NCBI GenBank assembly: GCA_963825905.1
Contig: CAWGUL010000008.1
Coordinates: 12,944-76,943 of the forward strand
Direction of reading: 5' to 3'
Length of the DNA: 64,000 nucleotides
Source of the DNA: an uncultured Chloroflexia bacterium
GTDB taxonomy: Bacteria; Chloroflexota; Limnocylindria; QHBO01
Shown: piece by piece, positions 16,729 through 25,638 of the stretch
Layout: the number at the start of each line of letters is the position of its first letter
Position numbering within the stretch: position 1 is the stretch's first letter
Translations under genes and position numbers: made by a program
Notes under the pieces: generated by a model
What the model was told of the DNA's origin: nothing
Seen by the model: the letters and a program-made list of their open reading frames with translations, nothing else
Database searches by the model: none

Positions 16729-18438
16729 ATGATCCTCGACTCCCCCGAGACGATCCGCGCCTACACCGCTGCCGGCTGGTGGGGCACCGACACGCTCGAC
16801 GACCTGTTCCGGCGCAACGCGGCCGCCAACCCGGGGCGCCTCGCGCTCGTCGACCCGCCGAACCGCCCCGAGCTCACGGTCGGCGAGCCGAAACGCCTCA
16901 CGTACGCGGAGGTCGCTGCCGCCGCCGACGCGCTGGCGGCCGAGCTGGCACGCCGTGACATCGGTCCCGGCGACGTCGTCATGGTGCAGCTGCCGAACGT
17001 CGTCGAGCTGCCGCTCGTCTACCTGGCCGCCGCGCGCATCGGTGCGATCGTCTCGCCGCTCCCGGTCCAGTACCGCCAACACGAGCTGCGGCACACGATG
17101 GGGCTGACCGAGCCGAAGGTCGTCATCACCGCTGCCAACGTGACCGGCTTCGATCACGCCGCGATGGTGCGCGACGTGGCCCCGGACGTGCCCGTCGTCA
17201 CCATCGGCGAGGAGCTCGACGCCATCCTTGCCATGCCCGCCGGCGACCTGCCCGACTCGGGGATGACAGCGAACGACATCCTCACCATCTGCTGGACGAG
17301 CGGCACCGAAGCGGAGCCGAAGGGCGTGCCGCGCAGTCACAACCACTGGATCGCGATCGGCTGGGGCACGACCGACGGCGCGCGGCTGGCCGAGGGCGAC
17401 GTGCTCCTCAACCCCTTCCCGATGGTGAACATGTCGGGCATCGGCGGCATGTTCGTGCCGTGGCTCCAGGTCGCCGGCACGCTCGTCATGCACCACCCGA
17501 TGGCGCTCCCCGTCTTCCTTGGCCAGATCGGCCGCGAGCGGGCGAACTACACCGTGGCGCCGCCCATCCTGCTGACGATGCTGCTCGCCAACGAGCAGCT
17601 TCTGGCGGCTGCCGACTTCTCGTCGATGAAGGTCATCGGCTCCGGTTCCGCTCCGCTGTCGGCGGCCATGGTGGTGGGCTGGAAGGATCGGTTCGGGATC
17701 GACGTCACGAACTTCTTCGGCTCGAACGAGGGAACCGGCCTGGTCGGCGACCCGGCCACGGTGCCGGATCCCGAGGAGCGCGCCCGCTACTTCCCGCGCT
17801 TCGGCGCGCCCGGGACCGATGGCGAGGCATGGGGCAACCGGGCGGCGCGCGGCACGGAGACCAAGCTGGTGGACCCGCTCACCAGTGACGAGGTGACGGA
17901 GCCCGATGTCGCCGCCGAGCTCGCATTCCGCGGCCCGACTCGCTTCCCCGGTTACTGGCGCCGCCCCGAGATGACGGCCCGCGCCATCGACCGCGACGGC
18001 TACTACCACACCGGCGACCTGTTCGAGATCGCCGGCGAGCGCGGGGATCGGCTGCGGTTCATCGGTCGCGCCCGTGACCTCATCATCCGCGGCGGCATGA
18101 AGGTCGCGCCGGAGGAGCTCGAGGCGCTCATCTCCCGCCACCCCGCGGTCGCGGAGGTCGCCGTGGTGGGCGTGGAGGACCGGCGCATGGAGGGCGAGCA
18201 GCGCATCTGCGTCGCATGCGTCCTGAAGCCGGATGCGTCCCTCTCCATCGGCGAGCTGCGGCGCTGGCTCGGTGAGCAGCAGATCGCCGCCTACAAGATG
18301 CCGAAGGAGCTCTTGGTCCTCGACGCGCTGCCGCGCAACCCGCTCGGCAAGGTCACGAAGCGCGACCTGCGGATGCGGTTCGAGGGGCGGGGTGCGGCGC
18401 CCTCGGTTGGCGAATCCGAGGAAGCCACGAAGGCCTGA
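16729..18438 (+). CDS. AMP-dependent synthetase/ligase (acyl-CoA synthetase family)
   Basis: 569 aa. AMP-binding motif ICWTSGTEAEPKGVPRSH, YHTGDL, GGMKVAPEELE, and C-terminal LPRNPLGKVTKRDLR. Confidence 0.85.
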   Translation: MILDSPETIRAYTAAGWWGTDTLDDLFRRNAAANPGRLALVDPPNRPELTVGEPKRLTYAEVAAAADALAAELARRDIGPGDVVMVQLPNVVELPLVYLAAARIGAIVSPLPVQYRQHELRHTMGLTEPKVVITAANVTGFDHAAMVRDVAPDVPVVTIGEELDAILAMPAGDLPDSGMTANDILTICWTSGTEAEPKGVPRSHNHWIAIGWGTTDGARLAEGDVLLNPFPMVNMSGIGGMFVPWLQVAGTLVMHHPMALPVFLGQIGRERANYTVAPPILLTMLLANEQLLAAADFSSMKVIGSGSAPLSAAMVVGWKDRFGIDVTNFFGSNEGTGLVGDPATVPDPEERARYFPRFGAPGTDGEAWGNRAARGTETKLVDPLTSDEVTEPDVAAELAFRGPTRFPGYWRRPEMTARAIDRDGYYHTGDLFEIAGERGDRLRFIGRARDLIIRGGMKVAPEELEALISRHPAVAEVAVVGVEDRRMEGEQRICVACVLKPDASLSIGELRRWLGEQQIAAYKMPKELLVLDALPRNPLGKVTKRDLRMRFEGRGAAPSVGESEEATKA

Positions 18439-18544
18439 GCCACGCTGCGCTGGCCGTGCGTTGCGGCGGCAGGTCGCGGCACGTCGGTGCGGCCAGATTG
18501 CCGGCGGTCTCCGGCGTGCACATGGTGCACGTATCGGCCACGGA

Positions 18545-18561
18545 GCAACCCGCTCGGCAAG
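18545..18561 (+). repeat. Second copy of a 17-nt exact repeat (first copy 18335-18351, inside the ligase gene); probable relic of an AMP-ligase 3' end
   Basis: gcaacccgctcggcaag occurs at both sites, 210 nt apart. Copy 2 reads ..PRSNPLGKLGGRRVR.. in frame, echoing the LPRNPLGKVTKRDLR of the intact gene. Confidence 0.6.
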
Positions 18562-18651
18562 CTTGGCGGCCGACGTGTGCGTTCAGTGCACAGGGCGGCC
18601 AACGAAGCGTACGTCGGTGGCCGTTGCGTTCAGCCCGCGCACAGAAGGCCA

Positions 18652-19305
18652 TCACGCGACGATGAGCGCGTCTCCCGGTGGCACGCGGCCGCTGCGCAGG
18701 CTCCGCAACGCAGCCCGGCTTCCGACCGGGAGGGCGAGAGCGGCGACGTCCGCAACACCCGCGAGGAGACGCCGATTGGCGTGTGTGTCCGCAACGACGA
18801 GCAGTAGCCGCTCGATGCCGAGATCACGGGTCTTCAGGCGCATGGCCCGGAGCTGGGCCTGCATGTCCGCGACGCGAACAATGGCCTCCACGACACATCG
18901 GCCGCCTTCGGCAGAGATGACCGCGTCAACGGCACGGCGGTCGCCGGCGATCGGCATCGGGACCTCGAGTTGCCATCGCCATGCCAGACCGATACGCGCG
19001 CGAAACCGTCGCAGGAGTGCGACCTGTGCCTCGTCACGCACCGCCGGTCCATCCGGGTAGGCAACGAACCGTATCCGCAGCCCGACGGCTGCCCCGAGCA
19101 CGACAAGGTCATCGAGGGAGGCGCCGGGCGAACGTCCCCGCTCGATGCGCGATATCGAAGGCCCCGACCGACCAGTCAGCCTTCCGACCGCCGCCTGCGT
19201 GGCCCCGAGGCCACTCCGGGCTGTCCGGATGGCGCGGCCGATCTCACGCCGCTGGTCGACGGCTCGAAGGCGTGCATCGGGGATGACGCGGCTTCGTCCC
19301 GGCAT
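18652..19305 (-). CDS. XRE-family helix-turn-helix protein with an uncharacterised C-terminal domain
   Basis: IRTARSGLGATQAAVGRLTGRSGPSISRIERGRSPGASLDDLVVLGAAVGL is a Cro/C1-type HTH. The C-terminal 130 aa match nothing I can name. Confidence 0.7.
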   Translation of the reverse strand: MPGRSRVIPDARLRAVDQRREIGRAIRTARSGLGATQAAVGRLTGRSGPSISRIERGRSPGASLDDLVVLGAAVGLRIRFVAYPDGPAVRDEAQVALLRRFRARIGLAWRWQLEVPMPIAGDRRAVDAVISAEGGRCVVEAIVRVADMQAQLRAMRLKTRDLGIERLLLVVADTHANRRLLAGVADVAALALPVGSRAALRSLRSGRVPPGDALIVA

Positions 19306-19374
19306 CGCAGCATCGTGGCGCGGACCGATTACCGGCCGCTTACGGCGGCCGCTCCCCTACACTCCCCCACGCCC

Positions 19375-19999
19375 ATGCACCGCCTGCCGCAGCTCAACGT
19401 CATCCTCGTCCGCCACGCGGAGCCGATCCCGCCCGGCACCCCGGGCTGGGAGGAGCGCGACGACGACCGGCCGCTCACCGAGGACGGGCAGCGGGCCGCC
19501 GAGGAGCTCGCGACCGAGCTCGAGCCGTTCCAGCTCCACGCCATCTACTCGTCGCCGTATGCCCGCGCGGTGGCCACGGTCGAGCCCACCGCGCGTCGGC
19601 GAATGATGAAGGTCAACCTGCTCCCCGATTTCCGCGAGCGACGGCTGACGAACGAGCCGCGCGATGACTGGCAGGCGCAGCTCGCGCGCGCCTGGGCAGG
19701 AGCCCGACTACCGGCTCCCGGGGGCCGAGTCCGGGCGCGAGGCGCAGCAGCGCGCTCGGTCGCAGCTCGACCTGCTGCGCAGCCGGCACGCGGCAGGCGG
19801 GACGGTGCTCGTGGGCAGCCACGGCAACCTCATCAGCCTCCTTCTCGGCACGCTGGAGGACGGCATCGACTACGCCTTCCACGTCGCGATGCCCATGCCC
19901 GCGGTCTATCACCTCGAGCACGACGGGATCGGCTGGCGCGTGATGGGCGGCCACGGCTTCCGCGATCGGTCGGCCGAGGCTGGCGCCGTCGAGGGCTGA
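19375..19999 (+). pseudogene. Histidine phosphatase (phosphoglycerate-mutase-like) gene interrupted by a frameshift near 19695-19705
   Basis: The frame-1 N-terminus MHRLPQLNVILVRHAEP..LTEDGQRAAEEL..IYSSPYARAV carries the RHG-type motif. The frame-2 C-terminus ..EPDYRLPGAESGREAQQRA..VLVGSHGNLISLLL.. carries the second catalytic His. The two parts join at gcctgggcaggagcccgac. Confidence 0.75.
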
Positions 20000-20016
20000 C
20001 GGGCCGACTGCCACCG

Positions 20017-21171
20017 TCACACGTCGCGGCTGACGAGGTCCTCGAGCGTCTCGCGGCGACGCGACAGCCGCGCGACACCACCTTCGAGCACGACTTCCGC
20101 GGGGCGGGGACGTCCGTTGTAGACCGATGCCATGGCGGCCCCATAGGCGCCGGCGCGCTCGACGGCCAGCAGGGCACCCGTGCCCGCAACCGCGAGCTCC
20201 GCGGGCTCGAGCCAGCGACCGATGTCGTGCGCCACCACGTCGCCCGCCTCGCACACCGGCCCGGCGAGGTCGACGCGCCCCGTGCTGGCCAGCGGCGCGC
20301 CGTCGGCGACGAGCGCGACCGGATGGTCGGCACCGTAGAGGGCGGGCCGGATCAATTCGCTCATCCCGGCGTCGGCGACGAGGTACGCGATCCCGTCGCG
20401 CGGCTGCACCCGGACGACGCGGGTGACGAGCCAGCCCGCGTCGGCGACGAGCGAGCGCCCGGGCTCGACGATGACCTGAAGGCGACGCGCCGCGTCACCG
20501 AGCGCGCCGGCCACCTCGACCGATGCCCAGCCGCCGCCGAGGTCGATCCTGGGCGTGCCCGCGGCGGCCGCGGCGCGGATCATCCGTCCGGCGAGCTCGG
20601 TGTACATCTGCCCCTCCGCGATGTCGGACCCGATGTGCGCACCCACGCACGCCGGCGCGACGCCCGCGCGCGCGAACCGGTCGAGCGCGTCGAGCAGCGC
20701 GGCGATCGGGATGCCGAACTTGCTCGTCGTCGCGCCGGTGGCGAGGTGCGGATGCGTGGCCACGTCCATGCCTGGGTTCAGCCGCAGCCCGATGCGCGGT
20801 CCGGGGATTCCGAACGCGAGCAGCGCATCCAGCTCCTCGAGCGACTCGGCGTTGACGAGCACGCCGGCGCGCAGCGCCGCCTCGGCCTCCGCATCGGTCT
20901 TGCCGACCCCGTTCATGACGATCCGCTCCGGCGGGCAGCCGGCGCGGGTCGCGAGCGCCAGCTCGACCGCCGTGACGACCTCGCAGCCGGCTCCCTCCGA
21001 CACCAGTCGCCGCAGGAGCTGCGGGTCGGGATTCGCCTTCACCGCGTACGCGACGAGCGCACCGGGCAGCGCGGCCCGCACGGCGGCAAGGTTCGCGGCG
21101 GCGCGGTCGAGGTCGGTGACGTAGAGCGGCGTGCCCCATCGGTCCGCCGCGTCGGCGAGCTGGGCGCGCAC
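20017..21171 (-). CDS. PLP-dependent decarboxylase, Orn/DAP/Arg decarboxylase family 2 (diaminopimelate decarboxylase-like)
   Basis: AYAVKANPDP (PLP Lys), IDLGGGW, VEPGRSLV, GPVCEAGD. Start uncertain: GTG at 21171, or CTG overlapping the upstream stop at 21186. The track extension is Arg-rich. Confidence 0.8.
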   Translation of the reverse strand: MRAQLADAADRWGTPLYVTDLDRAAANLAAVRAALPGALVAYAVKANPDPQLLRRLVSEGAGCEVVTAVELALATRAGCPPERIVMNGVGKTDAEAEAALRAGVLVNAESLEELDALLAFGIPGPRIGLRLNPGMDVATHPHLATGATTSKFGIPIAALLDALDRFARAGVAPACVGAHIGSDIAEGQMYTELAGRMIRAAAAAGTPRIDLGGGWASVEVAGALGDAARRLQVIVEPGRSLVADAGWLVTRVVRVQPRDGIAYLVADAGMSELIRPALYGADHPVALVADGAPLASTGRVDLAGPVCEAGDVVAHDIGRWLEPAELAVAGTGALLAVERAGAYGAAMASVYNGRPRPAEVVLEGGVARLSRRRETLEDLVSRDV

Positions 21172-21182
21172 CGCGCGGTCGG

Positions 21183-21839
21183 TCAGCGGACGCGGGCCAG
21201 GGTGAGGCCGTCGGCGATCGGCACCATCGCGACATCGACTCGCTCGTCGGCCGCGATCCGTGCGTTGATGGCGCGGATCGCCTCGGTCGAGGCGTCGCTG
21301 TCCGCCGGGTCGGCCACGCGGCCGGACCACAGGACGTTGTCGATGCAGATGAGGCCGCCCGGCCGCACGAGCGCCACGCACGCCTCGTAGTAGGCCGCGT
21401 AGCTCGGCTTGTCGGCGTCGATGAAGGCGAGGTCGAACGTCGCGCCCTCCTCGAGCAGGCGCTCGAGCGTCTCGACGCCCGGACCGATGCGCAGCTCGAC
21501 CCGCTCCTCCACCCCGGCATCACGCCACGCCTGGCGGGCACGGGCGGTGAACTCCTCGCTGATGTCGCAGCAGGTGACGCTGCCGCCCGGCGGCAGCGCG
21601 AGCGCCATCGCCGTCGAGCTGTAGCCGGTGAACGTGCCGATCTCGAGGATGCGCTCCGCCCCCGTCAGCCGGACCAGCAGCGCGAGCAGCGCGCCCTCCT
21701 CGGGCGCGATCTGCATCTGCGCCTGCGGATGCGAGGCGGTGTCGTCACGCAGCTCGGCGAGGACGGCCGGCTCGCGCACGCCGACCCGCATGAGATATGC
21801 GTGGAGCTCGGGGCTCAGCCCGATCGATCGGCCCGACAT
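21183..21839 (-). CDS. Class I SAM-dependent O-methyltransferase (caffeoyl-CoA OMT-like, family 3)
   Basis: 218 aa. ILEIGTFTGYSS (SAM motif I), FDLAFIDADK, GGLICIDNVLWSG. Confidence 0.85.
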   Translation of the reverse strand: MSGRSIGLSPELHAYLMRVGVREPAVLAELRDDTASHPQAQMQIAPEEGALLALLVRLTGAERILEIGTFTGYSSTAMALALPPGGSVTCCDISEEFTARARQAWRDAGVEERVELRIGPGVETLERLLEEGATFDLAFIDADKPSYAAYYEACVALVRPGGLICIDNVLWSGRVADPADSDASTEAIRAINARIAADERVDVAMVPIADGLTLARVR

Positions 21840-21849
21840 CGGTCAGTCC

Positions 21850-22809
21850 TCATCCAAGTCCGGTGAAGAGGTCGGTCTCGCGCAGCGCTGGATCGACGGG
21901 GTCGTGGCCGCGCCAGCGGCGCAGGACGAAGAACTCGTTGGCGAGCGCGTCGGCGGCGAGGTCGTCGGGGAGCTCGAGCAGCCAGCCGAGGTCCTGGGCC
22001 TGGGTGCGGTGGCATGCCATGCAGGCGCGCTTGCGATCCGCCACGGCGGAGACATCCACCGTGGTGGAGATGTCGGCGAGCGCGGTGCCGAAGCCCTCGA
22101 CCTCCTCTCCCGCTTCGTGCTGCTCCCCGGCCTGCTGGACCGCGGCCGCGTTCGACGGGTTGAGCTGGTCGGCCGCGTACTGGTCGACCGCCTCGTCGAA
22201 GTCCCATGGCAGCTTGATGCCGCGCTCCTTCATGGCGCTCATCAGCCCGAGCCACGCCTCGCGCGCGAAGGCGGTCTCGTAGAGCTTCGCCACCTCGTGC
22301 GGCGGACCGGCCTCCGGGAAGCGCGTCGCCTCCGCTGCCGCCTCGAACGCCCCGACCGCGATGCGATGGGCGTTGATGTGGTCCGGGTGGCCGTATCCGC
22401 CGTTGCTGTCGTAGCTGACCATCACCGCCGGCCGCGCTTCGCGCACGACCCGCACCACCCTGCCGATCGCCTCGTCGAGGTCCGCCTTCCAGAACGCGGC
22501 CGGGTGATCGTTCGCCTCGGTGCCCATCATCCCGGAGTCGCGGTAGCCGAGCATGTGGAGTCTGACGTGGCCGCCGCCGAGGGCGTCGAGCGAGCACGTG
22601 AGCTCGTCGCGCCGAATCTCCGCAAGGCGGGGACGCGCCTCCTCGTGGTCGAGCGTCGGATCGTGGATCTCGCCCTCCGCGCCATCGGTGCAGGTCACGA
22701 GGTCGACCCGGCGCCCGGCATCGACCGAGGTGGCGATCAGCCCGCCGGTGCCCATCGCCTCGTCGTCGGGGTGGGCGTGGACGAGGAGCAGGCCGCCGGT
22801 CTCAGCCAT
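21850..22809 (-). CDS. PIG-L family deacetylase (MshB/Mca-like)
   Basis: From the internal ATG at 22809: LLLVHAHPDDEAMGTGG and GGYGHPDHINAHR (zinc-binding motifs of the LmbE/PIG-L family). Confidence 0.8.
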   Translation of the reverse strand: MAETGGLLLVHAHPDDEAMGTGGLIATSVDAGRRVDLVTCTDGAEGEIHDPTLDHEEARPRLAEIRRDELTCSLDALGGGHVRLHMLGYRDSGMMGTEANDHPAAFWKADLDEAIGRVVRVVREARPAVMVSYDSNGGYGHPDHINAHRIAVGAFEAAAEATRFPEAGPPHEVAKLYETAFAREAWLGLMSAMKERGIKLPWDFDEAVDQYAADQLNPSNAAAVQQAGEQHEAGEEVEGFGTALADISTTVDVSAVADRKRACMACHRTQAQDLGWLLELPDDLAADALANEFFVLRRWRGHDPVDPALRETDLFTGLG

Positions 22810-23629
22810 GGACCGATGCCTCCCGGAGCGCCAGCTGCGCATCGCGCTCGCCGGCCGCCACCATCGGGCCGATGCGGCTGAAGTGCCACGCGCTCGTGAA
22901 GCCGAGCTTCGGCTCGATGAGCAGGTCGGCCGGCTCCTCGTGCACCGGGTCGGCCCAGCGCGCGGCGAGGAGTGCGAGGTAGCGCCGCGCGGTGAGGGTG
23001 TCGCCCGCCTCGCCCAGGCGACCCGCGACCGCCCGGAGGAGGCGCGAGCCGAGCGGGCTGCCGAGCAGTGACGACTTCGGGGCGTCGACGCGCACGCCGA
23101 TGACCGGCCGTCCCGGCCACAGCTCGCGCGCCACGCTCACCGGGACCGCCTCCCACGGGCCGGCGTCGCACCACACCCCGTCGCCGTCATGCGTCGGCGG
23201 GAAGAAGAGCGGCACCGCGATGCTGCGCGCCAGCGCGTCGACGAGGTCGCCCGAACGGATCGCGATCGTGGAGCCGGTCACGAGGTCGAAGGTCGTGATC
23301 GCCAGCGGCACCCCGAGCTCCTCGATCCGGGGGTTCCCGAGCTCGCGGCCCATGACCTCGAGCACCGGCCTGCTGTCGAACAGTGCGTAGCGCGCCCGGT
23401 GGCCGATGAGCTGGTACACCGGCACGCTGCGCGCGACGGCCTCGATGCGCGCCGTCGGATAGCCGGCGGCGAGGCCGGCGCCCACCACCGCGCCCATGCT
23501 CGTCCCCACGATCGATGCCGGCCGCAGCTCGGCCGACTCGAGCGCCCGCGCCACCCCGATGTGGGCCCATCCACGCGCGCCGCCGCCGCCGAGGGCGAGC
23601 GTGAACGGCTCGCGGAAGGTGGACGTCAT
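22802..23629 (-). CDS. Patatin-like phospholipase
   Basis: LALGGGGARGWAHIGV (oxyanion GGGxRG) and GTSMGAVVG (GxSxG nucleophile). Confidence 0.85.
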   Translation of the reverse strand: MTSTFREPFTLALGGGGARGWAHIGVARALESAELRPASIVGTSMGAVVGAGLAAGYPTARIEAVARSVPVYQLIGHRARYALFDSRPVLEVMGRELGNPRIEELGVPLAITTFDLVTGSTIAIRSGDLVDALARSIAVPLFFPPTHDGDGVWCDAGPWEAVPVSVARELWPGRPVIGVRVDAPKSSLLGSPLGSRLLRAVAGRLGEAGDTLTARRYLALLAARWADPVHEEPADLLIEPKLGFTSAWHFSRIGPMVAAGERDAQLALREASVHG

Positions 23630-23964
23630 GCCGCGCGATGCTCCGCGCAGGCGCAGAGCTCACGCAGCCGCAGGTACGTGAACAGCCCGGTATCGTGCCC
23701 GTCGGCCCAGATCGGTGCAAGCGCGTAGCGCCCGATCCACTTCACCCGCTCCAGGGTGACCTGCGGGGCGGTGAACGCCGTCTCGAGCGTCACGAGCCCC
23801 GGCATGCTGCCCTCGCCGGCGCAGAGCGCGCACGGGCAGGCGCGTCGCAGCTCGGTCCACCCCCACTGCCCGAGATGGCCGTCATCCCAGCGGATGCGCA
23901 TGAGGCGAGCCGTCTCGTCGAGCTCCACGCCGATGGGGTTGACGATCTCAGGACGCGGGCTCAT
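23626..23964 (-). CDS. DUF971 domain protein (gamma-butyrobetaine hydroxylase N-terminal-like)
   Basis: 112 aa. IRWDDGHLGQWGWTELRRACPCALC and WADGHDTGLFTYLRLRELC match the DUF971 pattern. ATGA overlap with the patatin start. Confidence 0.75.
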   Translation of the reverse strand: MSPRPEIVNPIGVELDETARLMRIRWDDGHLGQWGWTELRRACPCALCAGEGSMPGLVTLETAFTAPQVTLERVKWIGRYALAPIWADGHDTGLFTYLRLRELCACAEHRAA

Positions 23965-25408
23965 TGACCCACCTTACCGCGCCGCCGCGCCACTCGGCGC
24001 CGAACGAGGCGCCGTTGCTGGTGATCGCCAGCGGCGCCTTCTTGTCGACGAGGTCCCAGACGTAGAGGTTCTGGACGACGCCGCCGTTCTGACCGGTGTG
24101 GCCGAGCGTGAAGGAGACCTCCGAGCCATTCGGGGCCCATCGCACATGGCTCACCAGCCCGGTGACGACGGTTGCGGCACGCGCGTTCCCCGCCCGATCG
24201 GTGAGGGTGAGCGTCGTCTTGCCGGCCGCGAGCGTCGTCTTGATCGTCCACTGCTCGTCGGGCGAGTAGAGCGTCGGCAGGCCAGGGATCGGCGCCAGGT
24301 CGCCGCCCGACGCCGGGACGAGGTACGTCGAAGGCGCCCCGAGGATCCACAGCACGAGGTGGTCGTCGACGGTCGGGTAGACGCGGACGAGCCCCCCATC
24401 GTCGATGAACTGCGCCTCCTTGAGCGCCGGGTCGGCGACGATCTGCGGATGTGGATACGTGACCGACCCGACCATCCGCTGCTTTCCGTCCGCCCAGTTG
24501 ATGGCGATGACGTCGGCCTTGTCCTTCGTGCCGCTGCGCGTGACGCGGACCGCGTAGACGGTCGCCGAATCGGTCCCAAACGCGATGTCGACCATGCCGT
24601 CGATGAGCGCGCGGGCGGCATGGCCCGGTTGGAGCGCGGTCACCCGTCCGGAGATCAGCGCGGCACCGATGCGGCCGTCCGGTGACCAGGCGAAGCGTTC
24701 GACCCCCTGGTCCGCCCGAGCCAGCGTCTCCGCCTCCTGGGTCACGCTGAAATCGCGCCGAAAGAGGTAGACGGGCGCCGACACCGTGGTCCGGCTCAGG
24801 TAGACCATCTCGAGCGGGCCGTAGGCAGGCGTGGCGGCCGATGGGCTGGCGGTCGGCGTCGCGGCGCCGAACGAGGCGGAGATCGAGCTCGACGGGCTCG
24901 GGACGACGACGATCGATGCCGATCCGCGCGGCGAACCGGTCACCGCCGCCAGGCCGTTCTGCGAGGTGAAGATCAGGGCGAGCAGGACGAGGACGATCCC
25001 CGCGAGGGCCAGCACGATACCGATCAGCCACGGCACCGCCTGCTCCGACGTCGTGGGACGCCGGCGCTCGCCGACGGTGCGCCGATCCCAGCTCGTCCGC
25101 GGCGGTGCGCTCGTGGTGGGCGGCACCGCGTCGGCGGCCACCGGCGCCGAGATCGGCGCGTTCCACGGCTCGGACTCGCCCGGAATCGTCGCCGGCGGAG
25201 TCGTTGCGGGCGGGGCGACCGATGCGGGCGGCGTGACGGCCGGGCGCGGCGTGACCACCGGGCCCGGCACCGGCCGACCCACCGACGTGACCGATGGCCG
25301 AGGCAGCGTCTCGGGCGCCGCGCTGCTCGCGGCCGCCGGCGTGGGGGGTCGACCCTGGTCCGGCGGCCGAGCGGCATCCGGTCGCGGCGCGGCCGAGGGC
25401 GGTTGCAC
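23948..25408 (-). CDS. Single-pass membrane protein with a Pro-rich N-terminal region and an extracytoplasmic PD40/TolB-like beta-propeller-type domain
   Basis: TM VPWLIGIVLALAGIVLVLLALIF. PD40-like repeats FAWSPDGRIGA and VRWAPNGSEVSF. The N-terminus is probably incomplete: the same frame stays open and Pro-rich up to 25555 without a start codon. Confidence 0.65.
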   Translation of the reverse strand: MQPPSAAPRPDAARPPDQGRPPTPAAASSAAPETLPRPSVTSVGRPVPGPVVTPRPAVTPPASVAPPATTPPATIPGESEPWNAPISAPVAADAVPPTTSAPPRTSWDRRTVGERRRPTTSEQAVPWLIGIVLALAGIVLVLLALIFTSQNGLAAVTGSPRGSASIVVVPSPSSSISASFGAATPTASPSAATPAYGPLEMVYLSRTTVSAPVYLFRRDFSVTQEAETLARADQGVERFAWSPDGRIGAALISGRVTALQPGHAARALIDGMVDIAFGTDSATVYAVRVTRSGTKDKADVIAINWADGKQRMVGSVTYPHPQIVADPALKEAQFIDDGGLVRVYPTVDDHLVLWILGAPSTYLVPASGGDLAPIPGLPTLYSPDEQWTIKTTLAAGKTTLTLTDRAGNARAATVVTGLVSHVRWAPNGSEVSFTLGHTGQNGGVVQNLYVWDLVDKKAPLAITSNGASFGAEWRGGAVRWVNEPAS

Positions 25409-25638
25409 CGGCGCTGGGCGGGCGGTTGCACCCGGCAGCAGGATGGAATCGGGCCGTGACGAGAGGTCCGGGCGCGACGGCGGCTCGGGAACGCTGCGTG
25501 GTGCGTCGGGCGGCGGGGTCGCACTGGCCGGCGCGGGTGGGGGCGCAACGGCTCCTCATTCTCGGGCTCCGTTGGCCGCGAGGCGCGCAGCTCGGCGAGG
25601 AAGGCGGCGACGCGGTCGGCAGCGGTCGTGGGCTTCGG

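Noticed and set aside
18652-19305. XRE-HTH gene as a marker of a prophage, toxin-antitoxin or defence island
   Set aside because: There is no integrase, recombinase, toxin-like partner, phage structural gene or tRNA attachment site nearby. The only hints of rearrangement are a short gene relic and a frameshifted neighbour.
20017-21171. A lysine-biosynthesis operon linking the DAP-decarboxylase-like gene with asd-hom
   Set aside because: asd and hom lie 33 kb away (54005-55956) in a separate transcription unit. The decarboxylase-like gene is embedded in an unrelated operon, so even its LysA identity is uncertain.
18970-21390. 806-aa plus-strand ORF
   Set aside because: Only its segment 19375 to about 19700 is real: the N-terminal half of the frameshifted histidine phosphatase. 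The remainder is antisense to the decarboxylase gene and is compositionally junk.
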